Shown here: positions 39,645 to 51,040 of the stretch, piece after piece
Numbering within the stretch: the stretch's first letter is position 1
Layout of the letters: the number at the start of each line of letters is the position of its first letter
Assembly: GCF_020745735.1 (NCBI RefSeq)
Contig: NC_083406.1
Span: forward strand, 99,487,164 to 99,551,163
Reading direction: 5' to 3'
Length of the DNA stretch: 64,000 bases
Source: Hemiscyllium ocellatum
Lineage: Eukaryota
The notes under the pieces: generated by a model
Seen by the model: the letters and a program-made list of their open reading frames with translations, nothing else
The model's database searches: none
Told to the model about the DNA's origin: nothing
Made by a program: the position numbers and the translations under genes

Positions 39645-40040
39645 TGAAAGAAGGTGCATTTTGTCAAAGCTTTTCATCTTGCACTCATCAAGACACCTTG
39701 CAAGCATACCTATTTGGGGAAAACCATCAATTATATTACAGAGAGGATAGTGCTAATTATTAATAATTAATTGTAAGGGGACTCTCATCAGTAGAGGCTT
39801 CTGTGAGGAACGCTCCAATTAATGACGATTGACAGTTCATTGCTAGGCTTTGTTAAAATTTTAAACTGACTCTGTTTGGTCAAGGCGTTGCCCTGAGAAA
39901 TGAACCAGCAAATGGCTGACACCTATTTTTCATTTTAAACAGGTGCAGTGTGTGTGTATATATTCTTTCTGTCTGCAAAGAACGGGGCTCGAATATATGC
40001 AGCTTCTAGTGCCTGCCAGTGCACAATAATATATGTACCC
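39645..40040 (-). mobile_element. Possible further PLE-type terminal fragment
   Basis: Minus strand ttgatgagtgcaagatgaaaagctttgac resembles a decayed hammerhead core with palindromic AGCU. Confidence 0.35.
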
Positions 40041-41137
40041 TAAAATAGTTTTTGGTTTAGTCCTCTGTACACTCAGCATTATCAAACAAATGTTGTCCAA
40101 TTGAAGAACTGCATTCAATGTATTACGTTTTGCAACTGTGGATTGATTGGTAATGTCAGTACCTTGCTCGTTTCTTCAAGAGTAGATTCAACCCAAGGTT
40201 GTGCCATTTTTTGTTTTAAAATGTGTTGATAATGCTTGAGTGACAAAGTGTCCCACAAATGAATGAGCCTTTATGTAGGATGTAATTGAATAGATTGATA
40301 ATAGTATTATTAATTTACACTGGGCCCTATGTTGTGCTTGGTCTGACGTGTAGAAATTTCTTACTGCTGGCTTTGACAGCCTAGATTTAGGAAAAGGAAA
40401 CTTGCTACTGAGTCCCCTCCTAAACTTTAATTAAAGGAAGTGTGTGTGTCTGACAATGACAATTCGGCTTATTTGGGATACTCTCTGCAATTGACACACG
40501 GTCGGACAATGTATTTCACACATGGCTGTTTATGAAGTGAGGTTGAATGCCTAAAAGTTGGGGAATAGCACCCAATCAGAATTTTCCAAGGGAAAAGAAA
40601 GCTAAAGAAAATAGACATGAGAAATGCTATGCATTTGCATAATGTCAGTAGTAATCTGCTGATACATCTACCAGCGTCCTTGTTTATCTTGTCTTCACTT
40701 GCTAATAGCCATCAGTCATGTTTAACTCTTGAGATCATCAGTAAAGGTAGGTTATATATCCCTAGGGCCCTAAATAGCTGGTTTTTAATGCAATATCAGC
40801 ATAATATAGCTTAAAAACTGGAGGTATTCAGCATCTGTGCACAGACTTCAACACAAATTTGCAATGTTGTACAGTTATACTTGTCCACTGTTGCTGGGAA
40901 TGGAGATAGGAGAGAATTCCAAATAATAACAACGTGTCATTTACTGACAGCTCCCTAATTCTGTCTAGCTGTCAGACAGGTGTTCTGGCAGTAAAGAGAA
41001 GGCAGGCTGCTTATGGATCAGCACTGTTGAGCTTTCCCTCTGATCTGATTTTACCTCCAGCTAATGTGACAATACTCAGGTTATCCCACCATACCATTAG
41101 AAGCTTGGTGTGGACGTCATGGCATTGAAGAATCTGA

Positions 41138-41370
41138 GCTGAAAATGTGTTGCTGGAAAAGCGCAGCAGGTCAGGCAGCATCCAAGGAACAGGAAATTCG
41201 ATGTTTTGGGCACAAGCCCTTCTTCAGGAATTCCTGAAGAAGGGCTTGTGCCCGAAACATGTTGATGTGATGGTCAAATTTCCTGTTCCTTGGATGTTGC
41301 CTGACCTGCTGCGCTTTTCCAGCAACACATTTTCAGCTCTGATCTCCAGCATCTGCAGACCTCACTTTCT
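41138..41370. mobile_element. PLE family A palindromic insertion with tail and 15-bp TSD
   Basis: TSD cattgaagaatctga at 41123-41137 and 41371-41385; centre of symmetry ggaa|ttcc at 41230/41231; tail 41339-41370. Confidence 0.95.
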
Positions 41371-41524
41371 CATTGAAGAATCTGACCAATATTTATTACA
41401 ATGAGGTATTATGTACAACTATTACAATACAATTGAGTAACATGCTTCCAACTGTATCTTTCTTCAAGTGATCTCCAAGTAAGATGGAGAATGAGACCTT
41501 CCTACCCTCGGGTCATATATATTC

Positions 41525-42532
41525 CTGACAATTCCTGACCCATTGACTGCAATCAGTAAGAATAGGCAACAACATCTCCTCCACCATGACCCTCAACACC
41601 AGTACCCTGCAAGGCAGTGTACTCAGCCCCCCACTGTATTATTTATACACTCATGACTGTGTGGCCCAATTCTGTCCCAACTCCATTTATAAGGTTGCTG
41701 ACAATACCAATATTGTAGATCGGATCTCAAATAATGGAATACAGGAAAGAGATTGAATGCTTTAGCAGCATGGTGTAAAGACAACAATCTCTCTATCAAT
41801 GTCAGCAAAATGAAGGTGCTGGTCACTGAGTTCAGAAAGTAGAGTGAAGGGCATACCCCTGTCTGCATCAATGTGCTGAGGTGGAGATGGTCGAGACCGT
41901 CAAGGTCCTGAGAGTAACAATCACCAACAATCTGTCCTGGTCCATCATGTTGATGTGATGGTCAAGAAAGCATAATAATGTCTCTACTTCCTCAGGACGA
42001 TAAGGAAATTCAGCATGTCCACAACGATTCTTACCAATTTTTATAGATGCACCATAGAAAGCTTCCTATTTGGATACATCACAGCGTGGTGAAGCAACTG
42101 GTCTTCCCAAGACTGCAAGAAACTACAGAGTGTTATGGACACAGCTCAGTCCATCATGCAAACCAGCCTTCCATTCATTGACTCCATCTATACTTTCCAC
42201 TGCCTCAGGAAAGCAACCAACATCACCAAAGACACTCCTACCCTGATTATATTCTCTTCCACCCTCTTCCGTCAGGCAGAAGATGTAAAAGTTTGAATAC
42301 ATGTATGAACAGATGTAAGAACAGCTTCTTCCCTGCTGTTATCAGACTTTTGAATGGCCCTCTCAAATGTTAATTCTGACCTCTCTCTTGACATTCTTTA
42401 CAGTTGTAACACAATATTCTCCAATCTGTTCTGCTACTCTGATGCACTTTATATGGTACAATTTGCTTGTATAGCATGCAAAACAACACTTTTCACTGTA
42501 TCTTGGTATATGTGACAAGAATAGAAACTCAA
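41525..42532 (+). mobile_element. Rex1/Babar-like LINE 3' fragment, decayed
   Basis: Translates as QSVRIGNNISSTMTLNTSTLQGSVLSP...YTHDCVA...YKVADNTNIV, later VKKA..LYFLR and FYRCTIES, typical of Rex1-clade RT. Confidence 0.82.
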
Positions 42533-42950
42533 TACTGAGATACATAAGAACGTCTCTTCAAGGTATATTCGTATACTGACAGTGATGAAAAATACAGCAT
42601 TGTCTGATCACAAGTATCTTTTGATATTAGCCCCTTGAACTTTTCTATTTTTCGAACAGGATCTCCATTCGGAGGTGCCCCTACATCTCCTAGCTTCTAC
42701 AGTGCCTAGCTTTACACTGTGCTTTGGAGCTGCTAACTGGGCCAATCAGACCAGCAGCATAGAAAGCTTGTCATTGACCCTAAAGGATTCTGGGCCCATT
42801 GGTAGCTAGTTAGCAGGTTACCTGTGGCAAAATTGCTGAGGTGGCCTCATTGTCAGTAAGTCAAGGCTTAAGGCCTGCTTTTTAACATGAGGCCAGGGTC
42901 CAAAAGCCCTCAGTAAAATTCAGCCTGTTAATTCTGTCCCAATTCCCACA

Positions 42951-43222
42951 GACAGCATGGTGGCTCGGTGGTTAGCACTGCTGCCTCACAGCACCAGGGA
43001 CTTGGGTTCAATTCCTGCCTTGGATGACTGCCAGTGTGGAGTTTGCACATTCTCTGCATGGGTTTCCTTTGGATGCACCGGTTTCCTCTCACAATCCAAA
43101 GATGTGCAGGTTTGGTGAATTGACCATGCTCAGGGGTAAATGCAAGGGGGTGGGTTGCTCTTTGGAGGGTCAGTGTGGACACTTTGGGTGAAGGGCCTGT
43201 TTCTACACTGTAGGGAATCTAA
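42951..43222 (+). mobile_element. HE1-type SINE
   Basis: tggctcggtggttagcactgctgcctcacag; gggttcaattcc. Confidence 0.88.
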
Positions 43223-43319
43223 GATGCTGAACACTTGCAGCATTTCTGCTTTTATTTCCAATTTAACCTTTGCTTTGGTTCGCCAAAGCACAATTACAAG
43301 GTAACAATATTGGTGTGAG

Positions 43320-43505
43320 ACTAGAATCACTATAGGCCCTACTTGCTAAAGATGTCAAGTTCCCTTTCCTGAAGGATATTAATAAGTTTAATTTTTATAA
43401 TGATCCAATGGTCACTTTTTAGTTATAGCAGCTTTTATATTTGCAACTTCAAAAATTCACAAACTGGCGTGGTGGGATTTGATCTCATGTTCTCCGGATT
43501 TTCGC
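43320..43505 (-). mobile_element. Old tRNA-derived SINE fragment (non-HE1)
   Basis: cccttcctgaaggatatt...ggtgggatttgatctc; same family as 1445-1592. Confidence 0.45.
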
Positions 43506-44453
43506 TTCAGCTCTTAACATCCCAATAAATGATTCTGGTGTTCAAGTGTAAGTGTAATGGGTGTTTTAATGGAACCATGAGTAATGCCACAAATCTGTAC
43601 AATATAGTGCCAGGGGATGAATTTGCAAATGCAAACGAGGTGCAGGGAAATCCAAAGAAAAGCAAGATCCTGAATAATATGGGTTTAAGAGATTGCATTC
43701 AAGCAAAGTAAATAAACACCTTCTATTTAATAAGGCACTCAGTATAAGTGCATCGATGCTGGATTGTTCCTGTCAGCCTGGATCTATTTTCCTCTTGTCA
43801 GATGTTGCTTGCTGTAATCTTTGATGCACTCAACGTTTTTTTACTGTTGAGAAAGCTGGGTTATTAGTGGGAGGAATTCTGAATGTTCTTGATGGGTAAT
43901 AACTGCATATCTAGCAGAGAAGTCATCACCTCCCTTCTCCTTTCATAATCTTTCTGGCAGAAAATCACAATGTCATATATATTTCGAGAGAATTGTAGGG
44001 GACATTTCATCATAGGAGTCAGTTCTCTAGATCACAGTCTTTTGCAATTAGTTGTTTTTGAGCTGGGTTTGCTAAGTGCTTTTTTGCTCCAGTATTCTCA
44101 CCTCTTTTTTTCTGAAGGTGGTAACTCATGCTGTGTAAAGCTGTGTATCTAGCTGCTATGCGTCATAAGAAGGAGTTTGCATTGACAAAGCACGTTTACA
44201 CAGCCTGCCCAAGACACTCTACAGTTAGTGAAATATTTTTCATGTGCTGTCACTGTTGTGTAAGTGCATTCAACTTAATTTTGTCTCCCATCTCTTTTCC
44301 GCACTTGGACACTGCTGTTGGCATCAAGCTGGATGTTATAATATGTGCTAACTCATTCAATAACTGTGCAGTGGCTAGGGAAATCAGTGTCAGTGAAACA
44401 TTTTGTGAGAACAGAAAAAAAGAATTTAGCCTAAAGATGCAAGACCAAATGCA

Positions 44454-44804
44454 AATCATAGAATCCCTACAATGTAAATGCAGGTATTCAGTCCATTGAG
44501 TCCACATTGATCCTCTGAAGAGCATCCCTCCCAATTCCACACTTATTCCCATAACCCCACACCTCCCATGGTTAATCCACTTAGCCTGCACATCTCTGGA
44601 CACTATGTGGCAATTTAGCATGGCCAATTCAACAAACCTGCACATCTTTGGATTGTGGTGGAAACCAGAGCACCTGGAGGAAACTCATGCAGACACAGGT
44701 AGAATGTGCAAACTCCACACAGACAATCGCCTGAGGATGGAATTGAACCCAGGTCATTGGTGCTGTGAGGCAACAGTGCTAACCACATTGTCACCACATC
44801 ACCC
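44454..44804 (-). mobile_element. HE1-type SINE
   Basis: A/B boxes, body and CR1-like tail. Confidence 0.9.
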
Positions 44805-44894
44805 CTCTGTGTTACAGAATGTATTACAAGAACAGGGAGCAGCCACTGCCCAGAACAAGATAAGGATGTATTGGAATGGATTTTTGCAAGTTAT

Positions 44895-45255
44895 CAAAAT
44901 GCTTGCACAGTGGGACCTCAATCATTTATGATTTATATAAATAACTTGGATAAAGGAATCAGTGTACAGTTGTTAACTACACTGATGGTACAAAATAGTT
45001 AGGAAATTAAGTCAAGAGAGAGGGCATAAGTAAGCTAAAAAGAGATATAGATAAGTTAAGAGAGTGGGGAAAATTGTGGCTCATGTAATGTTGGAAAATA
45101 GCAAAAGTGAAGACTGCAGATGCTGGAAACCAGAGTTTAGATCAGTGTGGTGCTGGAAAAGCACAGCAGGTCAGGCAGCATCTGAGGAGTGTGAAATTGT
45201 CCACTTTGTCAGGAAGAATAGGAAAGTGACAGAGGACTTAAATGGAGAGAATGCA
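44895..45255 (+). mobile_element. Decayed CR1 RT fragment with a PLE 3' end inserted at 45100-45189 (minus strand)
   Basis: IYINNLD...TDGTK...NVGK|CEIVHF, split by actgcagatgctgg...gcaggtcaggcagcatc. Confidence 0.75.
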
Positions 45256-45733
45256 AAAAGCTTTGAAGCTTCAAATGTTGACTTAAATGCTGAGATCCAT
45301 TGCCTTTAACTTACAGGCACCCAATAATGCAGAGCCAGTAAATAAATTATTGGTGTGCTGAAAGGGTCTGAAACTTAAAAAGTTTAATTGTATAGGTAAC
45401 TTGGCTAAGTGATTCTCACTTGAATAACATGATATATCCAGAATGTAAGTGAGATTTGATATGACCCACGTGACAAGTTGGGATTGAAAGGAAAATACCA
45501 CATGACATAACAGTAGAGGAAAATGACAAGATTTGGTAAGATTTTCAGTACTTTCCAATGTATTTATTACCAAAATAAAATGTTATTACTCAACTTAAGT
45601 TGGTGAAGTATTGTTTTCTGAGTATCAAGGAGACAATGGGTAAAAAATGAGGTCTGCAGATGCTGGAGATCACAGTTGAAAATGTGTTGCTGGTTAAAGC
45701 ACAGCAGGTTAGGCAGCATCCAAGGAACAGGAA

Positions 45734-45769
45734 ATTCGACGTTTCGGGCATAAGCCCTTCATCAGGAAT
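45734..45769 (-). ncRNA. Minimal type I hammerhead ribozyme (PLE-type), intact
   Basis: Minus strand AUUC-CUGAUGA-A-GGGC-UUAU-GCCC-GAAA-CG-UC-GAAU. Confidence 0.87.
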
Positions 45770-46677
45770 GAGAAGAGTGTGCCAAGCAGGCTAAGATAAA
45801 AGGTAGGGAGGAGGGACTTGGGGGAGGGGTGATGGAGATGTGATAGGTGGAAGGAGGTCAAGGTGAGGGTGATAGGCCGGAGTGGGGTGGGGGCGGAGAG
45901 GTCAGGAAGAAGATTGCAGGTTAGGAGGGCGGTGCTGAGTTGAGGGAACCAACTGAGACAAGGTGGGGGGAGGGGAAATGAAGAAACTGGAGAAATCTGA
46001 GTTCATCCCTTGTGGTTGGAGGGTTCCCAGGCGGAAGATGAGGTGCTCCTCCTCCAGCCGTCGTGTTGTTATGTTCTGCCGGTGGAGGAGTCCAAGGACC
46101 TGCATGTCCTCGGTGGAGTGGGAGGGAGAGTTAAAGTGTTGAGCCACGGGGTGGTTGGGTTGGTTGGTCCGGGCGTCCCTGAGGTGTTCTCCGCTGCACC
46201 CAATGTGGCCTCCTCTACATTGGGGAGACGGGCCGCTTACTTGCGAAACACTTCAGAGAACACCTCAGGGACGCCCGGACCAACTAACCCAACCACCCCG
46301 TGGCTCAACACTTTAACTCTCCCTCCCACTCCACCGAGGACATGCAGGTCCTTGGACTCCTCCACCGGCAGAACATAACAACATGACGGCTGGAAGAGGA
46401 GTGCCTCATCTTCCGCCTGGGAACCCTCCAACCACAAGGGATGAACTCAGATTTCTCCAGTTACCTCATTTCCCCTCCCCCCACCTTGTCTCAGTCGGTT
46501 TCCTCAACTCAGCACCGCCCTCCTAACCTGCAATCTTCTTCCTAACCTCTCCGCCCCCACCCCACTCCGGCCTATCACCCTCACCTTGACCTCCTTCCAC
46601 CTATCACATCTCCATCGCCCCTCCCCCAAGTCCCTCCTCCCTACCTTTTATCTTAGCCTGCTTGGCACACTCTTCTC

Positions 46678-46713
46678 ATTCCTGATGAAGGGCTTATGTC
46701 CGAAATGTCGAAT
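46678..46713 (+). ncRNA. Minimal hammerhead ribozyme, mirror copy with two C>T changes
   Basis: AUUC-CUGAUGA-A-GGGC-UUAU-GUCC-GAAA-UG-UC-GAAU. Confidence 0.7.
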
Positions 46714-47590
46714 TTCCTATTCCTTGGATGCTGCCTAACCTGCTGTGCTTTAACCAGCAACACATTTTCAACTATCAAGGAGACAATATCAAGATACATT
46801 ATTAAAGGCTAATTTTGCAACTTTGTGCTATCTGTGGGAATCTCACTCATCGAGTCATAGAGATGTACAGCAAGGAAACAGAACCTTTGGTGCAACTCGC
46901 CCATGCCAACAAGATATCGCAATCCAATCTAGTCTCACCTGCCAACACCTGGCCCATATCCCTCCAAACCCTTTCTATTCATATACCCATCCAAATGCCT
47001 TTTAAATATTGCAATTGTACTAGCCTCCACCACTTCCTCTGGCAGCTCATTCTATACACTTACCATGCTCTGAATGAAAAAGTTGCCCCTTAGGTCTCTT
47101 TTATATCTCCCCCTCTCATCTTAAATCTATGCCCTCTAGTTCTGGACTCCTCCAACCCAGGGAAGAGACTTTGACTATTTATCCTATTCATGCCTCTCAT
47201 GATTGTATAAATCTCTATGAGGTCACCCCTCAGCCTCCAATACTCCAGGAAAAACAGCCCCAGCCTATTCACCTCTCCCCATAGCTCACATCCTCCAACC
47301 ATGGCAACATCCTTGTAAATCTTTTCTGAACCCTTTCAAGTTTCACAACATCTTTCCAATAGGAAGGAGACCAGAATTGCACACAATATTCCAACAGTGG
47401 CCTAACCGATGTCTTGTACAGCTGTAACATGACCTCCCATCTCCTGTACCCAATTCTCTGGCCAAGAAGGGAAAGCATACCAAATGCCTGCTTCACTAAC
47501 CTATCTACCTGCAACTCCACTTTCAAGAGCTATGAACCTGCACTCCAAGCTCTTTGTTCAGCAACACTCCCTAGGACCTTACCGTTAAGG

Positions 47591-48799
47591 CTGAAAATGT
47601 GTTGCTGGAAAAGCGCAGCAGGTCAGGCAGCATCCAAGGAGCAGGAGAGTCGACGTTTCGGGCATGAGCCCTTCTTCAGGAATGAGGAAAGTGTGTCCAG
47701 CAGGCTAAGATAAAAGGTAGGGAGGAGGGACTTGGGGGAGGGGTGTTGGAAATGCGATAGGTGGAAGGAGGTTAAGGTGAGGGTGATAGGCCAGAGTGGG
47801 GGTGGGGGCGGAGAGGTCAGGAAGAAGATTGCAGGTTAGGGAAGGTGGTGCTGAGTTCGAGGGATTTGACTGAGACAAGGTGAGGGGAGGGGAAATGAGG
47901 AAACTGGAGAAATCCGAGTTCATCCCTTGTGGTTGGAGGGTTCCTAGGCGGAAGATGAGGCGCTCTTCCTCCAGCCGTCGTGTTGCCATGGTCTGATGAT
48001 GGAGGAGTCCAAGGACCTGCATGTCCTTGGTGGAGTGGGAGGGGGAGTTGAAGCGTTGAGCCATGGGGTGGTTGGGTTGGTTGGTCCGGGTGTCCCAGAG
48101 GTGTTCCCTGAAACGTTCCGCAAGTGGGTGGCCTGTCTCCCCAATATAGAGGAGGCCACATCGGGTGCAGCGGATACAGTAAATGATGTGTGTGGAGGTG
48201 CAGGTGAATTTGTGGTGGATATGGAAGGATCCCATGGGACCTTGGAGGGAAGCAAGGGGGGAGGTGTGGGCGCAAGTTTTGTATTTCTTGAGGTTGCAGG
48301 GAAAGGTGCCGGGAGTGGAGGGTGGGTTGGTGGGGGGTGTGGACCTGACGAGGGAGTCACGGAGGGAGTGGTCTTTTCGGAACGCTGATAGGGGAGGGGA
48401 GGGAAATATATCTCTGGTGGTGGGGTCCGCTTGGAGGTGGCGGAAATGACGACGGATGATACGATGTATGTGGAGGTTGGTGGGGTGGTAGGTGAGGGCC
48501 AGTGGGGTTCTGTCCTGGTGTTGATTGGAGGGGTGGGGCTCAAGGGTGGAGGAGCGGAAAGTGGAGGAGATGCGGTGGAGGGCATCATCAATCATGTCTG
48601 GGGGGAAATTGCTGTCTTTGAAGAAGGAGGCCATTTAGGTTGTACGGTATTGGAACTGGTCCTTCTGGGAGCAGATGCGGCGGAGACAAAGGAATTGGGA
48701 GCATGGGATGGCATTTTTACAGGGGGCAGGGTGGGAGGAAGCAGATGCGATGGAGATGAAGGAATTGGGAGTATGGGATGGCGTTTTTACATGGTTTCT
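47591..48799 (-). mobile_element. 5'-truncated Penelope-like element (family A) inserted in CR1
   Basis: TSD ccttaccgttaagg (47577-47590) / ccttaccattaagg (48800-48813); hammerhead core on the minus strand near 47648-47683. Confidence 0.95.
47705..48634 (-). pseudogene. PLE ORF C-terminal part: RT thumb end, Cys-rich linker and GIY-YIG endonuclease (Neptune-like)
   Basis: HIIYCIRCTRCGLLYIGETG..LAERFREH...H...RRLEEERLI..LGTLQPQGMN; linker PCNLKKYKTC...FTCTS; upstream in-frame stop and missing RT core. Confidence 0.92.
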
Positions 48800-50251
48800 C
48801 CTTACCATTAAGGGTAAAAGTTCTGCTTAGATTTGCTTTTCCAAAATGCAACCTTGCATTTATCTGAATTAAACTCCATCTGCCACTCCTCAGCCCATTG
48901 GCCCATCTGATCAGGTTCCCTTGTAATCTGAGGTAACCTTCTTCGCTATCCATTACACCTCCAATTTTGGCGTCATCTGCAAACTTACTAAATGTACCTC
49001 TTATACACACATCCAAATCATTTATATAAATGATGAAAAATAGAGGACCTAGCACAGATCCTTGTGGTACTCCACTGGTCACAGGCCTCCAGTCTGAAAA
49101 ACAACCCTCCAGTACCACCCTCTGTTTTCTACCTTTGAGCCAGTTCTGTATCCAAATGAATAATTCTCCCTGTATTCCATGAAATCTAACCTTGCTAACC
49201 AGTCTCCCATGGGGAACCTTGTCGAATGCCGTACTGAAGTCCATTTGATCACATCTACCGCTCTGCCCTCATCAATCCTCTTTTTTACTTCTTCAAAAAA
49301 CTCAATTGAATTTATGAGACACGATTTCCCACGCACAAAGCCATGTTGACTGTCCCTAATCAGTCCTTGCCTTTCCAAATACATGTACATCCTGTCCCTC
49401 AGGATTCCCTTCAACAACCTACCCACCACCGACATCAGGCTCACCAGTCTATAGATCCCTGGCTTGTCATTATCACCTTTCTTAAATAGTGGCACCACGT
49501 TTGCCAATGACCAGTCTTCTGGCACCTCGCCTGTGTTTATCGATGATACAAATATCTCAGCAACGGGCCCAGCAATTACTTCCCAACTTTCCTAAAGAGT
49601 TCTGGGTACATCTGATCAGATCCTGGGGATTTATCCACTTTTATGTGCTTCAAGACATCCAGCACTTCCTCCTCTGCATTATGCACATTTACAAGGTGTC
49701 ACCATCTATTTTCTTACATTCTGTATCCTTTTCCACAGTAAACACTGATGCAAAATGCTCATTTAGAGTCTCCCGCATCTCCTGCGACTCCATACAACAG
49801 TTGCCTTGCTGATCTTTGAGGGGCCCTATTCTCTCCCTAGTTACCCTTTAGTCCTTAAAGCATTTGTAAAAACCCTTCGGATTCTCCTTAATTCTATTTG
49901 CCAAAGTTATCTCGTCCGTTTTTTGCCCTCCTGATTTCCCTCTTAAATATATTCCTACTGCCTTTATACTCTTCTAAGGGTTTATTTGATCTATCTTGTC
50001 AATACCTGGCCTATGCTTCCTTCTTTTTCTTAACCAAACCCTCAATTTCTTTCATCATCCAGCATCCCCTACACCTACCAGCCTTTCCTTTCACCCTCAT
50101 AGGAATATACTGTCTTTGGACACTCGTTATCTCATTTCTGAAGGCTTCCCATTTTCTAGCCGTCACTTTACCTGTGAATATTTGCCCCAAATCAGCTTTT
50201 GAAAGTTCTTGCCTAATACCGTGAAATTCAATTAAAGTATGCATCTATATC

Positions 50252-50470
50252 CAGGTTGTTCTGCTATAGCACACATTTCGGTAACACAAATTCACTACGA
50301 CACTATTGACGAATTGGAGACACTGTTTCTCAAGTGCAAAATTTTAAAGCATGTGTTGGTTGTAATGCAACCCCATCCCTATTTGTTTAAATGGTGCTGC
50401 TATTACATGATTTTCTTATAACACAGGATTACATGAGAGTGGAACTGTCACGCTATAGCAGAACCAACTG
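50252..50470. mobile_element. 219-bp MITE, second copy of the 28934-29152 family
   Basis: caggttgttctgctatagc ... gctatagcagaaccaactg|TA; shared internal ttaaatggtgc.gctatt.c.tgattttcttata. Confidence 0.82.
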
Positions 50471-50519
50471 TATGCACTGCTCACACAATGCTCCTGTTTG
50501 CTGATTATTCAAAACAGTA

Positions 50520-51040
50520 CCAACAACAACTTATTATTATATAGCATTTTTAATATTTGAAAATATCCCAAGACTCATCACAGGTACATTATATAATAAG
50601 ACATGATTGAGCAGCGTAAGAAGATATTAGGGTAGATAACCAAAATCTTGGTCAACGAGGTAAGTTTAAAGTGTTGTAGTAAAAGCAGAAAGTCAGGTAG
50701 AGAGATGGAGAAATGGAAATCCAGAGCTTTGGCCTTGGAAGTTGAAGACACAGCCATTATTGGTGGGGTGATTAAAATGATAAGCTCTTCAAAGGCCTAA
50801 ATTAGAGAAACTCAGGTTTCTTGGAGGACTCATGAGCTGGAGGAAATTACAGAGATGGGAAGGATGAAGACATGGCCATGTAAACAAAAACAAAAGTCTT
50901 AGGATTGTGGCCTTGCTTAACATGAGTGTGGGTCAGTGAACACAATTAATGGGATAATGGCGTTTGTTCTGAGATAAAACAAGGCAGCATTACTTTGCAT
51001 CATCTCAAATTTAAGATGGTAGAATATGGAAGGCTGGTTA
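50520..51040 (-). mobile_element. L2-like LINE 3' fragment
   Basis: caacaacaacttattattatatagc tail; cttggtcaacgagg; homologous to 4060-4375. Confidence 0.55.

Larger units (their letters stand above)
45638..46772. mobile_element. PLE family A long palindrome: two ~518-bp arms, 64-bp spacer, 36-nt tail, 15-bp TSD
   Basis: TSD tatcaaggagacaat at 45623-45637 and 46773-46787; arms 45674-46191 and 46256-46773; spacer encodes RCTQCGLLYIGETG. Confidence 0.96.
46846..50228 (-). mobile_element. CR1/HER1-like LINE, ~2.2 kb of decayed ORF2, interrupted by a PLE
   Basis: PEDW..ANVVPLFKKG, YRLVSL, QHGFVRGKSC, DFSTAFDKVPH, GVPQGSVLGP, FADD, LEYCVQFWSP. Confidence 0.96.

Noticed and set aside
47817-48811. 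Pro-rich and Gly/Val-rich overlapping ORFs
   Set aside because: Alternative and antisense frames of the C-rich PLE
48717-49244. 175-aa ORF fusing CR1 RT motifs to PLE sequence (KPCKNAIPYSQF)
   Set aside because: Chance read-through across the TSD-bounded insertion junction; both parents are broken
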